IMG/VR virus record: IMGVR_UViG_3300010400_000003
Span: 11,286-75,285 of that record
DNA length: 64,000 nucleotides
Origin: a virus
Direction: 5' to 3' (one strand)
The notes under the pieces are model-generated. The model did not search any database, was not told the DNA's origin, and saw only the letters and a program-made list of their open reading frames with translations. Numbering within the stretch: the first letter of the stretch is position 1; the number at the start of each line of letters is the position of its first letter. The translations under genes and the position numbers were made by a program. Shown here piece by piece: positions 17,016 through 26,619 of the stretch.

Positions 17016-17723
17016 TCAGTTGCCTGGAGTGAAAGGGATTCCGTCCATCAGGGTTGGATCGGGCTTGGCGGTTATCGGAGCTTGCGTCACGCGCTGCGGA
17101 GGCCCGCCGTTCAGTTCCTCCAGCCGCTTCATGGAGTCGTCGAGCAGCACGCCGAAGTCCTCCACCGCAGCGGCGATCGCGCGCTGAAAGTTTTCGTCGC
17201 GCGAGACGATCAGATGCAGCGGAGGAAACTGGCGGTTGTAGGAAAAGAAGTGCCAGACGTGAAAGCCGGTGACGAACAGGCTGAACTGAACCTGGACGGC
17301 GTAAGCCTCCGGCAGCTTGCCGGCCAGCAGGTAGCCAACGTGGACCGGCATCGTGGGGCATTTGATCTCGACGCCGCAGGTTTCGCCAACCATCGCGTCC
17401 GGGGAGCATCCGCACAGTCCGTCATCCGATTCAATGAAAGCCGCCGTGGTCACTTCGATCCCGGTGTGGATCGTGAACGCCGGGCGGGCGCGTTCTTCGA
17501 GCAGGGCGCCTTGCTCCATATCAAACACGCCCTGTAGCGACGGCAGCGGCCCGCCCGTCCACCGCTCGACCAGCTTTTGAGTCAGGTAGGTCTGGACTGC
17601 TTTGCCTTCCTTGATCTTACCGAGGGGCGTGACAAGAGCGTCTGCTTCCGAGGCGGTGATGCGGCCCGCCCGGAGCAAAAGCCATTCGACAGAACCTTGG
17701 GCTATGTCTTGGTGGATTTTCAC
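17016..17723 (-). CDS. YqaJ/lambda-exonuclease family recombination nuclease
   Basis: QGSVEWLLLRAGRITAS, GCSPD, VEIKCP, QVQ. Confidence 0.92.
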   Translation of the reverse strand: MKIHQDIAQGSVEWLLLRAGRITASEADALVTPLGKIKEGKAVQTYLTQKLVERWTGGPLPSLQGVFDMEQGALLEERARPAFTIHTGIEVTTAAFIESDDGLCGCSPDAMVGETCGVEIKCPTMPVHVGYLLAGKLPEAYAVQVQFSLFVTGFHVWHFFSYNRQFPPLHLIVSRDENFQRAIAAAVEDFGVLLDDSMKRLEELNGGPPQRVTQAPITAKPDPTLMDGIPFTPGN

Positions 17724-18985
17724 AGCAGTTCGCCGCTCAAGACCCGTTCAGCCCAGTCGGCAAGTTTTTCAACGCGCGTCTCCAGGTCGGATTGGATTGC
17801 GGCGTCCTTGAGCGCGGGCTTGGGCAGCAGCCGCAACTGCTCGGCGAACCGCTGAAGTTTAACGCCGTCGGCTGCTGCTGCTGCGCGCTTTGCCGCAGCG
17901 GCGGTAGCCTTGCGCTCGGCCTCGACGCGCGCAGCTTCGGCGGCTTCAGCTTTGGCCTTCTCGGCCAGTTGAGCGCGGGCCGCAGCGGCTTCCTCGGCGG
18001 CGCGCTTGGCTTTTGCTTCGATCTCTGCACGCTCTTTGGCGGCAATCTCTGCGAGCCGGTCGGATTCCGCTTTTGCCTTGTCCAGAGCGATCTGCTGTTC
18101 GGCTCTAGCAACCTCGGCGATGCGAGCGGCTTCCGCTTTCGCTTTGGCCTCGACCTCGGCGCGTTCCCGGGCTGCTTGCTCGGCCGCAGCCTTGGCGTCT
18201 GCGTCGGCCTTGCCTTTGATCTCGGCAGCAACGCGGGCAGCCTCGGCGCGTTCATGGGCAAGCTTCTTTTCCGCCGCTTCGCGCTCCGCCTTCGCCGCCG
18301 CCTCGCGGGCGACGGCTTCCGCTTTCAGCTTCTCGTTCTCGGCGGCGATACGTTCGCGCTCAACTCGGTCGGCTTCTTCATTCGCCTTTCGTTCGGCTTC
18401 GGCCTTGGCCGCGGCATCAAGTTTCGCCTGCCGGAGCAGTTTGGCGTTCGAGAGTTTCTTCATGTAGTCGGCTTCTGAAAGATCGGCCAAGTTGCCCAGC
18501 AGCGGTTCGTCGAGCAACGGCACCAACTCCGCTTCGCGCGCGGCCTTCAAATCCGCCAGCCGCTTCGCCTCCGCGCGCTCCGCAATGTCCTCCGCTTCCT
18601 GCAACGCGGTTTCGGCGGGCGTCAAATCGGCCAGCAGGATGTTGTAAAATCCCTGAACCGCCTTGCCGTACAGCAACGCCTCTTTCTTCTGCGCTTCCCG
18701 CACGGAATCGCCTTCCAGGCGCACCTTGCGCAGCGCGAGCCGGCACGCCCGCGATCTCGCAATCTCGCGAACGCAGGTCGCGTCTTTGACGGATTCCGCA
18801 ACGCCTCGCGCTTCCGCCAGCGCGGCTCGTGCCTTAACAAAGATGGGGTGGAACGCCTCAAACAACGTCTGGCTTGCGGACTTTTCAAGGCCGGTTTGGC
18901 TGGCAAACTTCACCAGCTTGGTTTCAACTTCAGGAGGAAGGACTTCAGGTTCGATTACTTCAGCGGTTGGTGTTTCAGTGTTCAT
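17720..18985 (-). CDS. Ala/Glu/Lys-rich coiled-coil protein of the recombination module
   Basis: Long AEAKAKAE-type repeats, between ERF and YqaJ. Confidence 0.8.
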   Translation of the reverse strand: MNTETPTAEVIEPEVLPPEVETKLVKFASQTGLEKSASQTLFEAFHPIFVKARAALAEARGVAESVKDATCVREIARSRACRLALRKVRLEGDSVREAQKKEALLYGKAVQGFYNILLADLTPAETALQEAEDIAERAEAKRLADLKAAREAELVPLLDEPLLGNLADLSEADYMKKLSNAKLLRQAKLDAAAKAEAERKANEEADRVERERIAAENEKLKAEAVAREAAAKAEREAAEKKLAHERAEAARVAAEIKGKADADAKAAAEQAARERAEVEAKAKAEAARIAEVARAEQQIALDKAKAESDRLAEIAAKERAEIEAKAKRAAEEAAAARAQLAEKAKAEAAEAARVEAERKATAAAAKRAAAAADGVKLQRFAEQLRLLPKPALKDAAIQSDLETRVEKLADWAERVLSGELL

Positions 18986-18988
18986 GGT

Positions 18989-19768
18989 TCATTTTCCTTG
19001 GGCTTCTTTCCGTCGGAGCATTTGATCTAACTCTGGATATTTGGTTGCTGGGATTTCTTTGAACGATGCCGCACCAGCGAAGCGCAAAAACGCACCGTGA
19101 TTTGAATTGGTTTCGTTGACGCGCCGTTCCAGTTCAAACGCCTGCTCCGCAGAAACCTTTTCGTCGAGGTTTCCTTCGAGCGCGGCATCGCTGTCAATTC
19201 CGACGACGACAATGTTCAGACAGTCGCACAGGGCGCCGCGCTTGGCGTAGGAGTGCGCCGAACCATCCGCCTGTGATTCAGAGCAACCCGGAGGCCCTTG
19301 ACCGATACGAACCGAATACGGATTGCTCCGCTCGTGGCCGCCCTTGTGCATGAGCGTGCAAATCTTCGTGATCTTGCCTTGCTGGAAAGCGCCCTCCGAG
19401 AAAGTGTAGGTGAATCCGTGTTGATGGCAGAGCGGTTTTGCCTGGGAGTCAATTTCCTCGAACGGCGCAAACGACGAGCGCATTTTGCCGTTCCGGTCGG
19501 GAATAACTTTGGTCGCCTTGATTCTCGGCGTGTCGGCCTGGAGGGCGATGAAGTCCTTGGTGAACTCGCGTTTGGCCTGATCGGCGTCCATGTCGCGCTT
19601 GAGCGCCACCAGTTCGCGAAGCGCGGCGACGTTCTCGCTCGTGACGCCGCGCTCGATCACGGATTGGATCATGTCGAGCGCGCTCGGTTCGCGTTTGGCG
19701 ACTGCGCTGGATGGCGGCGACTGCGGCACGAGTTCGGCTTCGATGGGAGTTGAGGTTTCAGGTTTCAT
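18989..19768 (-). CDS. ERF-family single-strand annealing protein
   Basis: H.GG.ERS; QADGSAHSYAKRGAL (GSAxSYAxR motif). Confidence 0.85.
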   Translation of the reverse strand: MKPETSTPIEAELVPQSPPSSAVAKREPSALDMIQSVIERGVTSENVAALRELVALKRDMDADQAKREFTKDFIALQADTPRIKATKVIPDRNGKMRSSFAPFEEIDSQAKPLCHQHGFTYTFSEGAFQQGKITKICTLMHKGGHERSNPYSVRIGQGPPGCSESQADGSAHSYAKRGALCDCLNIVVVGIDSDAALEGNLDEKVSAEQAFELERRVNETNSNHGAFLRFAGAASFKEIPATKYPELDQMLRRKEAQGK

Positions 19769-19953
19769 GTAAATTTAGGAGCGCGTTCAAATGATAGTTT
19801 CGTCATCCGTCTTGCTTTCCATCCGGCCTTCTTGTGGGCTGCCTTGTTGAGAGCCGGATAACAGAACTTGCGCCACGCCTCTTGTCGAGAGGTCGCCTTG
19901 CTCTCGGTGTGGACCAAGCCTTCCGGGCAGACGATGCACCAAACGAGGTTCAT
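19765..19953 (-). CDS. Hypothetical protein
   Basis: Overlap-coupled small ORF. Confidence 0.55.
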   Translation of the reverse strand: MNLVWCIVCPEGLVHTESKATSRQEAWRKFCYPALNKAAHKKAGWKARRMTKLSFERAPKFT

Positions 19954-20162
19954 GGTTTGACGCCTTTCAGGAAGAACTCGCGGACGGACGGTTTTCGCCC
20001 GCGTTTCAGACTTGGCCTAGCCCGCTTCATTTGAATCAGCCTTTTCCACGTTGCCGATCCGATGGCCACTTGCTGGGCGGCGGTTCGGTAATGGGCCTGG
20101 CACAAGCCGCGACAGTGCTGGCGATGCGAACAACCTGGATAAATGCATCCATTGCGTTTCAA
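19950..20162 (-). CDS. Small Cys/His zinc-binding protein
   Basis: CIYPGC...RGLCQAHY. Confidence 0.7.
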   Translation of the reverse strand: MKRNGCIYPGCSHRQHCRGLCQAHYRTAAQQVAIGSATWKRLIQMKRARPSLKRGRKPSVREFFLKGVKP

Positions 20163-20170
20163 CGGTGACG

Positions 20171-20246
20171 TTTTTAACCGACCAAGAACCCGCTGTCAAA
20201 CATTTTTGCAAAATTTCTTGCAAAAGTTTTCGAGCGGGTTCATTGT
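20171..20246. promoter_or_regulatory. Divergent promoters in an imperfect inverted repeat at the strand switch
   Basis: Minus TTGACA-17-TAAAAA; plus TTGCAA-17-CATTGT; arms AACCCGCT...TTTTGCAA / TTGCAAAA...AGCGGGTT. Confidence 0.6.
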
Positions 20247-20253
20247 CGTCGAA

Positions 20254-20493
20254 ATGAAAGAGCCAACCGACGTAGTTCGCGTCCTCATGGGCATCCACGA
20301 TTCAGTGAATCAAGCCGAGGCCATGAGCACAGATCAACTGACCACCGCGCTCGCCGAACTTGAACTGGCAGGCGGGGAACACGTCGCCAGCCTGGAAAGC
20401 GCGGTCAAGGGCGAGGCTTGCCATCGTTTACGCCATCCGCTCTCCTGGAGGCTGAGTAGATGGATCAACCGGATTAAACGCCATGCCAACTAA
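20254..20493 (+). CDS. Hypothetical protein
   Basis: MKEPTD start just after the -10 box. Confidence 0.6.
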   Translation: MKEPTDVVRVLMGIHDSVNQAEAMSTDQLTTALAELELAGGEHVASLESAVKGEACHRLRHPLSWRLSRWINRIKRHAN

Positions 20494-20767
20494 ATTTGAA
20501 ATCCCATCGCGCCGCGTCACGCATTGCGAGCCGTGCGAGTTTCACAAGCTCACGGGGTCATTGCATGTTCGCTGCGGCGAAGGAAGTTGGCGGCAATACG
20601 CCTGTATGAATCCGCAGGCGTTTGATGATCTTGACAGCGTGCCGCACAGTGACCCGGAGAAGGAAAAGGTTCGGCAGCGGTTGATTGGCCACATGCTCGA
20701 ACACGGCAGGGACATCGGCAAGACGGAGGAACAACCGCATTGGTGCCCGCTGAGAAGGCAAACATGA
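20483..20767 (+). CDS. Cys-rich hypothetical protein
   Basis: CEPCEFH...PHWCPL. Confidence 0.7.
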   Translation: MPTKFEIPSRRVTHCEPCEFHKLTGSLHVRCGEGSWRQYACMNPQAFDDLDSVPHSDPEKEKVRQRLIGHMLEHGRDIGKTEEQPHWCPLRRQT

Positions 20768-21984
20768 GCGAAGTCTGGATCTTCCGCGGCACGCAGCCGG
20801 TCGTATGGCGGATCCCGTGCAAGGTGGCGATGCGCCCGCGTTCGGATCTGCGCGGGATTTACTTGCGCCGGAGTCCCGAACGGTTGCACCTCGATCCCGC
20901 CGTGCCGTTGCTCCGATGCCAGCGAACGGCGCTCGACAAGTTTTTCGCCAAGCAGAAGGTCGTCGAGTGGGTAACGGGTCAATGGCGGCTGAAACACGCC
21001 TGGCACAATTACGCGGCGAGGTTGGAAGCGATGGGCGGCGTGCGAGCGACCTCCGGCGACCCGGAGGATCATCTGGTATGGAGCGGACGCCGACCGCCGG
21101 CTGGCAAGTTGAAGCCCGCTCAGAAAGAGCGCCGGGCTTGGCTGGAGGAAATGCTGGCGCGCGGCGGAGGCGAGACGCTGGAGCAACTGTCGTATCAGTG
21201 GCGGGAGTTCTGCCTGCACATCGCGCACACGCTCATCAATCGCGAGCAGCCGGTGGACTTCTACTGGTTCAAGTTGCACAACTGCCCGCTGCGCGCCGAC
21301 TGGATGAATCATTTGGGCCGACCCGCGCCATACTTGGCGGTCAATCTCCTGCGGAAAGCGATGGAGGGCTGCCGCATCATGGCGATGGACATTGAAGGCC
21401 AGCATTGTTTGCGGCACATTGAACTGGAGCACACTGCTGAATGGTGGAAGCTGGTTCGCAAAGCGGAAAGCCAGCGGCGGCGAGAGTCCGGGCCGGAAAA
21501 ATATGCACGCAACTTTCAAGGATCGCTGGAGCGTTTTGCGCTCACGGCTTGGGCTTTGTTCTGGAGCCACCGCAAGGAAGTGGCTCAAGCTCACGCTCGC
21601 CGTGTTTCGCACGGACGCCGCGGCGGCTTTCGTCTTGTGCCGGACCCGATGGCGCGGAATGTGTACGGCACGGCTTACCAGCTTGTTTATCCTCCTGATA
21701 AAGCCACTCGCAAGTCTCTCCAGGAAGCCATCGCACACGTCCAGAAAACGCTATCTCGCGCGCATGGCGGCGTGTCGAAGGTGTCCGATCTTCGACCGTC
21801 GGCGAAAGTCGTGCGGCAACCCGAGGACGAAAGAGCCGGACCTGCGGTGGGTCAACCCGGAGACGGGGCGCGAGGAAGCGATGGGATGCTTTTGCATGAT
21901 GGCTCTAGCCGCGTGGTTTCCGATAAAGAAGTGCTGGCTCCACGAGCAGGGGTTGGTGACGATGGGCTGGCCGGTGGAGCTTGA
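20764..21984 (+). CDS. Hypothetical protein
   Basis: MSEVW start by ATGA overlap; Trp-rich. Confidence 0.7.
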   Translation: MSEVWIFRGTQPVVWRIPCKVAMRPRSDLRGIYLRRSPERLHLDPAVPLLRCQRTALDKFFAKQKVVEWVTGQWRLKHAWHNYAARLEAMGGVRATSGDPEDHLVWSGRRPPAGKLKPAQKERRAWLEEMLARGGGETLEQLSYQWREFCLHIAHTLINREQPVDFYWFKLHNCPLRADWMNHLGRPAPYLAVNLLRKAMEGCRIMAMDIEGQHCLRHIELEHTAEWWKLVRKAESQRRRESGPEKYARNFQGSLERFALTAWALFWSHRKEVAQAHARRVSHGRRGGFRLVPDPMARNVYGTAYQLVYPPDKATRKSLQEAIAHVQKTLSRAHGGVSKVSDLRPSAKVVRQPEDERAGPAVGQPGDGARGSDGMLLHDGSSRVVSDKEVLAPRAGVGDDGLAGGA

Positions 21985-21997
21985 TGGAACCCCGTGA
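21503..21997 (+). CDS. Cys-rich hypothetical protein overlapping the previous ORF
   Basis: RMAACRRCP..SCG...GCFCMM...KKCW; stop coupled to 21994. Confidence 0.6.
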   Translation: MHATFKDRWSVLRSRLGLCSGATARKWLKLTLAVFRTDAAAAFVLCRTRWRGMCTARLTSLFILLIKPLASLSRKPSHTSRKRYLARMAACRRCPIFDRRRKSCGNPRTKEPDLRWVNPETGREEAMGCFCMMALAAWFPIKKCWLHEQGLVTMGWPVELDGTP

Positions 21998-22203
21998 AAG
22001 GATCGTGCGCCAACCCCGAGTTTGCCGAGGCCCTCTTTCGGCGAATGGAAGAACTGTTCCCATCCCGATCAAGAGAAGAATGTCTGGAATCCGAGCCGGT
22101 CAAACAGTTTTGGGCATTGCTGTGCATGGGAGCAGTCACAGGTGGATTCGTGATCGTGGACGACAAATCCAAAATCATTAAATTGCGACTACCAACTGAA
22201 TGA
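21994..22203 (+). CDS. Hypothetical protein
   Basis: Overlap-coupled on both sides. Confidence 0.55.
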   Translation: MKGSCANPEFAEALFRRMEELFPSRSREECLESEPVKQFWALLCMGAVTGGFVIVDDKSKIIKLRLPTE

Positions 22204-22727
22204 ACTCCCTCGCCAGCACCAAACCCCTCGAAGTTGACATCGAGATTTCCGATCCGATCCCGACCGACGCGGAGAGCGAGGCTGATCTGGAAGGGCTGCT
22301 GGCCATGAGCAAGGTGTCCGCCCAAGACATCAAGAAACTGAAGGCGGTCGGCATCCATGTAAAGCGCCAGGGCATCCTCGAAACCCAGCGCGGCATGATT
22401 TACGTGACGCAGGCGTGGATGCTGGGCGTCACTGGCGAATTGAAGCGGCTGATCCACGACAAGCTGAAGAAGGAGGAGGGGAAGGATGTGCCGACAGATG
22501 AGGTTTGCAAGCTGGTGGACCAACTGGCCAAGCTGGCCGGCAAGCAGGCGGAATTGAGCGCGGTGATGCTGTCGCACGAGCCGAAAGTCGGCGGCGAGCC
22601 TCCGACGCCGACTGCGCCGCCAAACGCGGCGTTCCCGGCTGGGGCAATCGTCGTTGGCGGCAACGCCCAGGCGCACTTCCATCAAGCGCCCGAGAAAACC
22701 GTTGCCAAGGCCCCGGGCGAGGCGTAG
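22200..22727 (+). CDS. Hypothetical helical protein (terminase small subunit not excluded)
   Basis: 175 aa, strong codon bias; no diagnostic motif. Confidence 0.7.
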   Translation: MNSLASTKPLEVDIEISDPIPTDAESEADLEGLLAMSKVSAQDIKKLKAVGIHVKRQGILETQRGMIYVTQAWMLGVTGELKRLIHDKLKKEEGKDVPTDEVCKLVDQLAKLAGKQAELSAVMLSHEPKVGGEPPTPTAPPNAAFPAGAIVVGGNAQAHFHQAPEKTVAKAPGEA

Positions 22728-22737
22728 GCTGCGGCGC

Positions 22738-23079
22738 ATGGCAGCCTTGTACGTTGCGAGTCAACTGACTCATCCGCCGCCGCCGAACCCGCCGATCGGC
22801 TTCGGGAATAGCTACCGCGTCACATCCGCTCCGTCCTCATCTCTCGGCAGCGACGGCGACACCGCGATCAACACCGTCACCGGGGATTACTACACAAAGT
22901 TCAACGGTGCGTGGACGCTCTCCATGAGCAGCGGCGTTGGAGGCGGAGGCGGTCTGTCGGGCGACGGGGATCCGACGGCAACGTACCCGGCAGGACCGCC
23001 CAGCGGGCTTGAAGGCACGTCTTACGTGAACCGCCTGACGGGCCAAATCTTCTGGTGGTACAGTTCGCAGTGGAATTAA
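22738..23079 (+). CDS. Small virion/tail-fibre-type repeat protein
   Basis: APSSSLGSDGD...TGDYYTK.NGAW motif, repeated as G.GDP...G..YVN..TG..W. Confidence 0.65.
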   Translation: MAALYVASQLTHPPPPNPPIGFGNSYRVTSAPSSSLGSDGDTAINTVTGDYYTKFNGAWTLSMSSGVGGGGGLSGDGDPTATYPAGPPSGLEGTSYVNRLTGQIFWWYSSQWN

Positions 23080-23084
23080 GCCCT

Positions 23085-24644
23085 ATGAAATTCAAGGCAT
23101 TGATCTTTTCGATTCTCTTGGCCGCTGGCGTAGTTGAGGCGGCGCAGACGCCGCTCTACGTCGGGAGATTCACCGGCAACGGCTCTGGCGTGACGAACGC
23201 GGCCAGCGTATTGAGCACGAATCAGACGACTCCTGTTGTGGTCGTGAACCAGACTTTCGACACCAGCCCCGGAGCCGCAACCTACACGTCCCCGCTCGTA
23301 TTCGGCGGCGGCAGCAAGGGCGCGATCACGTCTGGCATGGCGATGTTCAACGGCTACCCGGATTATCTGCTGGGAATCGGATACAACACCAATTCCGGGA
23401 ACAACGGCGACATTCATTGGGGACTCGGCTTCGAGCACGGATACGTCCAGCACACAAACTCACGCACTTCCGAGCTTTACCTGGTGTGGAACAACACCAA
23501 CGCCAGCTACAATCGCAGGGTATTTCAGGCAAATGTGGACTGGGGAAACAACTTCTCTGGATCTGGCGTTCTCGGCACCAACTCCGTTGGCTATTCGACG
23601 TGGTTTTTTGACGTGAATGAGTTGGGCATCGGAAACGGACAAGGAGCCGGGGCAACGGATTTCAAAGTATCTTGGGGGGCGCGACCTAAGTTCCAGTGGC
23701 TCGCTGGCGATGTTGTTTTTGGAACGAACCAAGGCTTCACGATCAACCGCGACGTTCAGGCGAACTCCTTCTTCTTCAACACGAATTACCAAATGGGGAT
23801 AGGCACGGCGACGGTCTATGAGAATCTGACGGTTTCCGCTTCTGGTGGCCTCTCCACCGTGGGCGTGGACGGCGGCGCCGGCAACAACTGGATCGAACTC
23901 TACTCCGGCACCACATCGGGTGGAATTATCTTCAGCAACGCCGGCTCCTTCAACATCGCGACCTCGACCGTCCGCACGAACAGCGGCCCGACCAACATCG
24001 TGACCGTGAACACTGCGGGGATGCAAGTCGGAGCGAACTTCTCTGTCGCAGTGCTCGGGAAATTGAATGTCGGCGAAACGTCCGGTGCGACCAATGCGGC
24101 ATACAACTACCCGTTTGAGGTCAAAGTCGGCGGCAACCAGCATTTCACTGTCGCGTCTCGGAATAGCCTGGTTCGGCTCGCGGCTTACAATGACGCGGAC
24201 GATACCCCCCAACCGCTCCAAATCCTTGGAGCAGTTAACGCGAGTACTGCTGCGGCTGGTATGCTTGGTGAAGTGTTTTCAAGTGCTGTGGCTAGTGGAA
24301 GCGCCGTTGTTTTGGCGACTGCGACTACAACGAATGTCACGAGCATTTCCCTGACCGCTGGTGATTGGGATGTCTCGGGAAATATAAACATCGCCGGTTC
24401 GACTGCGACTTACACCCAGGGAGTCGGCGGCACTTCCACTACTAGCGTCACGCTGCCGACGGATGGAACAGAAGTTTATTCTGGAGCGCAGTTCACTCTG
24501 CTGTCCGTCACGGACGGGCTGACCGTTCCACGGAAAGTGGTCAACGTGTCCTCGACGACCACGGTTTATCTGGTGGCCAAAGCGACGTTCTCGGCGGGAA
24601 CGATGACCGCGTTTGGCAGCATTACGGCCAGGAGAATTCGATGA
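23085..24644 (+). CDS. Beta-rich tail fibre/adhesin-like protein with apparent signal peptide
   Basis: MKFKALIFSILLAAGVVEAA; Thr/Asn/Gly-rich; C-terminal SISLTAGDWDV...ITARRIR. Confidence 0.7.
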   Translation: MKFKALIFSILLAAGVVEAAQTPLYVGRFTGNGSGVTNAASVLSTNQTTPVVVVNQTFDTSPGAATYTSPLVFGGGSKGAITSGMAMFNGYPDYLLGIGYNTNSGNNGDIHWGLGFEHGYVQHTNSRTSELYLVWNNTNASYNRRVFQANVDWGNNFSGSGVLGTNSVGYSTWFFDVNELGIGNGQGAGATDFKVSWGARPKFQWLAGDVVFGTNQGFTINRDVQANSFFFNTNYQMGIGTATVYENLTVSASGGLSTVGVDGGAGNNWIELYSGTTSGGIIFSNAGSFNIATSTVRTNSGPTNIVTVNTAGMQVGANFSVAVLGKLNVGETSGATNAAYNYPFEVKVGGNQHFTVASRNSLVRLAAYNDADDTPQPLQILGAVNASTAAAGMLGEVFSSAVASGSAVVLATATTTNVTSISLTAGDWDVSGNINIAGSTATYTQGVGGTSTTSVTLPTDGTEVYSGAQFTLLSVTDGLTVPRKVVNVSSTTTVYLVAKATFSAGTMTAFGSITARRIR

Positions 24645-24731
24645 ACAACCGCAGCGACCATCCTCGTTCATCGGGGCTGGTTGGTCTGACTGAGAAACCT
24701 TGAAAAGCAAACCATCTCTCGAACGTGCATA

Positions 24732-25028
24732 ATGCAACCAGAACCAGAATGGGAGCCAGTGGGGAGGGGGTTGTGGGTGCTGGTGACGGTTTCGGTTTTG
24801 GGAGGGATAGCACGGCAGGCGCACCAATGGCTCGGAGGTCATCGCCCGACGTGGAAGCATCTGGTGGCAAGGGCCATCATTTCGTTGTTCATTGGCATCG
24901 TCTGCTCGTACACGCTCCCGCAAGAATCGCCGTGGAGTTTTGCCGCGACTGCGCTGCTCGGCTGGCTCGGGGCGGATGGGGTTGTTTTGCTTCTGGACAT
25001 CGTTTTGCGAACTGACCGAAAGAAATGA
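24732..25028 (+). CDS. Holin-like membrane protein
   Basis: Three hydrophobic segments, GWLGAD, basic C-terminus. Confidence 0.7.
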   Translation: MQPEPEWEPVGRGLWVLVTVSVLGGIARQAHQWLGGHRPTWKHLVARAIISLFIGIVCSYTLPQESPWSFAATALLGWLGADGVVLLLDIVLRTDRKK

Positions 25029-25294
25029 AGTACGTCCGATTTTATCTTCACTCGTTCTTTTACGGCAACCCGTCTCGCGGTCGTGCTGCGGCGTGGCTGT
25101 TCGCGGACGCAGCGTCCGCATTGGTTTGGCTCATCGGCGCGGTTTCACTGTTCGGCTACATCTTGAACACGCCCTATCTTTACGACGGCTGGTTTCGAGG
25201 TTCGGTCGCCATGTCGCCGCAGACCGCGCTGGGATTTCTCCTGACGGGGAGCGCGCTGCTGTTTATCCACCGGGCGAAGGACACGCAGCTATGA
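25025..25294 (+). CDS. Two-TM membrane protein
   Basis: Hydrophobic segments; MSPQTALGFLL. Confidence 0.65.
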   Translation: MKYVRFYLHSFFYGNPSRGRAAAWLFADAASALVWLIGAVSLFGYILNTPYLYDGWFRGSVAMSPQTALGFLLTGSALLFIHRAKDTQL

Positions 25295-25641
25295 CCCCCG
25301 CTGAAGTAAGCTCTTGGACTGGAATCGGAACAGTGATCGGACTGATCGCGGTCGGCGTGATGAACAAGCTGGACGCGAGAAAGGCGAACAAGGCGGCGGA
25401 TGCCGCCGCGCTCGCAGCGCAACATGCAGCCGAAATCGCCAAAGACACTCACACGCTGGTCAACAACAACATGGGAATTGCCCTGCTCCGGGCATGGAAT
25501 CAGAGCAAGCGGATCGCTGAGTTGACGGCAGGGACCGCTGGCCACGCCGGAAACGTCGCGGCTGCTGAGGAGGATGAACGCCTGTATCGCAAGCACATGG
25601 AAAACCAAGCCATTGTGGACAGCAAGGTCCGACCGAAATAA
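25291..25641 (+). CDS. Membrane-anchored hypothetical protein
   Basis: N-terminal TM; THTLVNNNM. Confidence 0.65.
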   Translation: MTPAEVSSWTGIGTVIGLIAVGVMNKLDARKANKAADAAALAAQHAAEIAKDTHTLVNNNMGIALLRAWNQSKRIAELTAGTAGHAGNVAAAEEDERLYRKHMENQAIVDSKVRPK

Positions 25642-25683
25642 CCCGTTGCCAAAGCTGGCGGGCGGGACTATGGTTTCCCTCGA

Positions 25684-25932
25684 ATGAAATACCTGCTTAC
25701 CCCAATGCTGGCGGAACTGAGCGGTGAGGGAATGGTTCATCAACTCCTGTTCGTGCTGGTGGTTGGAATCTGCGTGCTGGCAATCTGGTGGGTCGGGCGA
25801 TGGTTCATCACGAAACTTGGCGCCCCGCCGGTTGCAATGACTGTCTGGAACGGCCTGTTCATCCTTCTCGGATTGATCGTGGTTGTGAATTTCCTGCTCG
25901 GCCTCGTCGGCCATCCTTTCATCAAGTGGTAA
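25684..25932 (+). CDS. Small two-TM membrane protein
   Basis: Two hydrophobic helices. Confidence 0.7.
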   Translation: MKYLLTPMLAELSGEGMVHQLLFVLVVGICVLAIWWVGRWFITKLGAPPVAMTVWNGLFILLGLIVVVNFLLGLVGHPFIKW

Positions 25933-25957
25933 ACACGCAGAAACCAAAACAAAAACT

Positions 25958-26296
25958 ATGGCATCAACTCGCGGCAAGAAAATCCTCCCTCTGTTTATCA
26001 GTTGGCATGTGCCCCCGTCGCTCGATCCGAGCGGCGATGTCATCACTCCCGGCAAGTGGGTCGTGAACCCTCCCGGCGTCATTGACCGGCCCGACATGGT
26101 GGACCGATTCCGGGAAACCCTTCCGCCGTTCCAGCAGGACAAGACGTACGTGATGAACGTGTACGTTCCCGTCATCAACGACCGGCTGGACATTGACCGG
26201 CTCGGCAGTCAAATCGCAGGCCCCGGAGCGGAGCGTTCGGCAAACGCGGCGCTGGCGGATATTGACAAGCTGCCGACGTTCTACGAAGCGGCGTGA
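25958..26296 (+). CDS. Hypothetical protein
   Basis: A-rich leader, strong codon bias. Confidence 0.7.
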   Translation: MASTRGKKILPLFISWHVPPSLDPSGDVITPGKWVVNPPGVIDRPDMVDRFRETLPPFQQDKTYVMNVYVPVINDRLDIDRLGSQIAGPGAERSANAALADIDKLPTFYEAA

Positions 26297-26619
26297 AGCG
26301 GATTGGCCTTTTGCTCGCTGCCTGCGCGCTGTTCGCCTTGAGCGCCATCGCCCAAACGAACGGCATCGTTTCTCGCCGCATCGTAAAGAACTATTTGGTG
26401 CCAGCCGGGACAGCCCCTCTGACCGGCAACGAAAGCCGGGCTGGTTCAAAATGGGGACACACGAACATTTGGAGCACTGAGACAGTTGTGCTCGTCGGGC
26501 CGGGGCTTCCGCTGTTCACAAACCGAGTGCCGTTCAAGACCAACGTGACGTGGAAGCACTGGCCGGTGACTCCGCTACACAGTCCGAAAACAAAACCTGA
26601 AACCAAAACGAAAATATGA
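26293..26619 (+). CDS. Exported protein
   Basis: Signal peptide MKRIGLLLAACALFALSAIA. Confidence 0.65.
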   Translation: MKRIGLLLAACALFALSAIAQTNGIVSRRIVKNYLVPAGTAPLTGNESRAGSKWGHTNIWSTETVVLVGPGLPLFTNRVPFKTNVTWKHWPVTPLHSPKTKPETKTKI

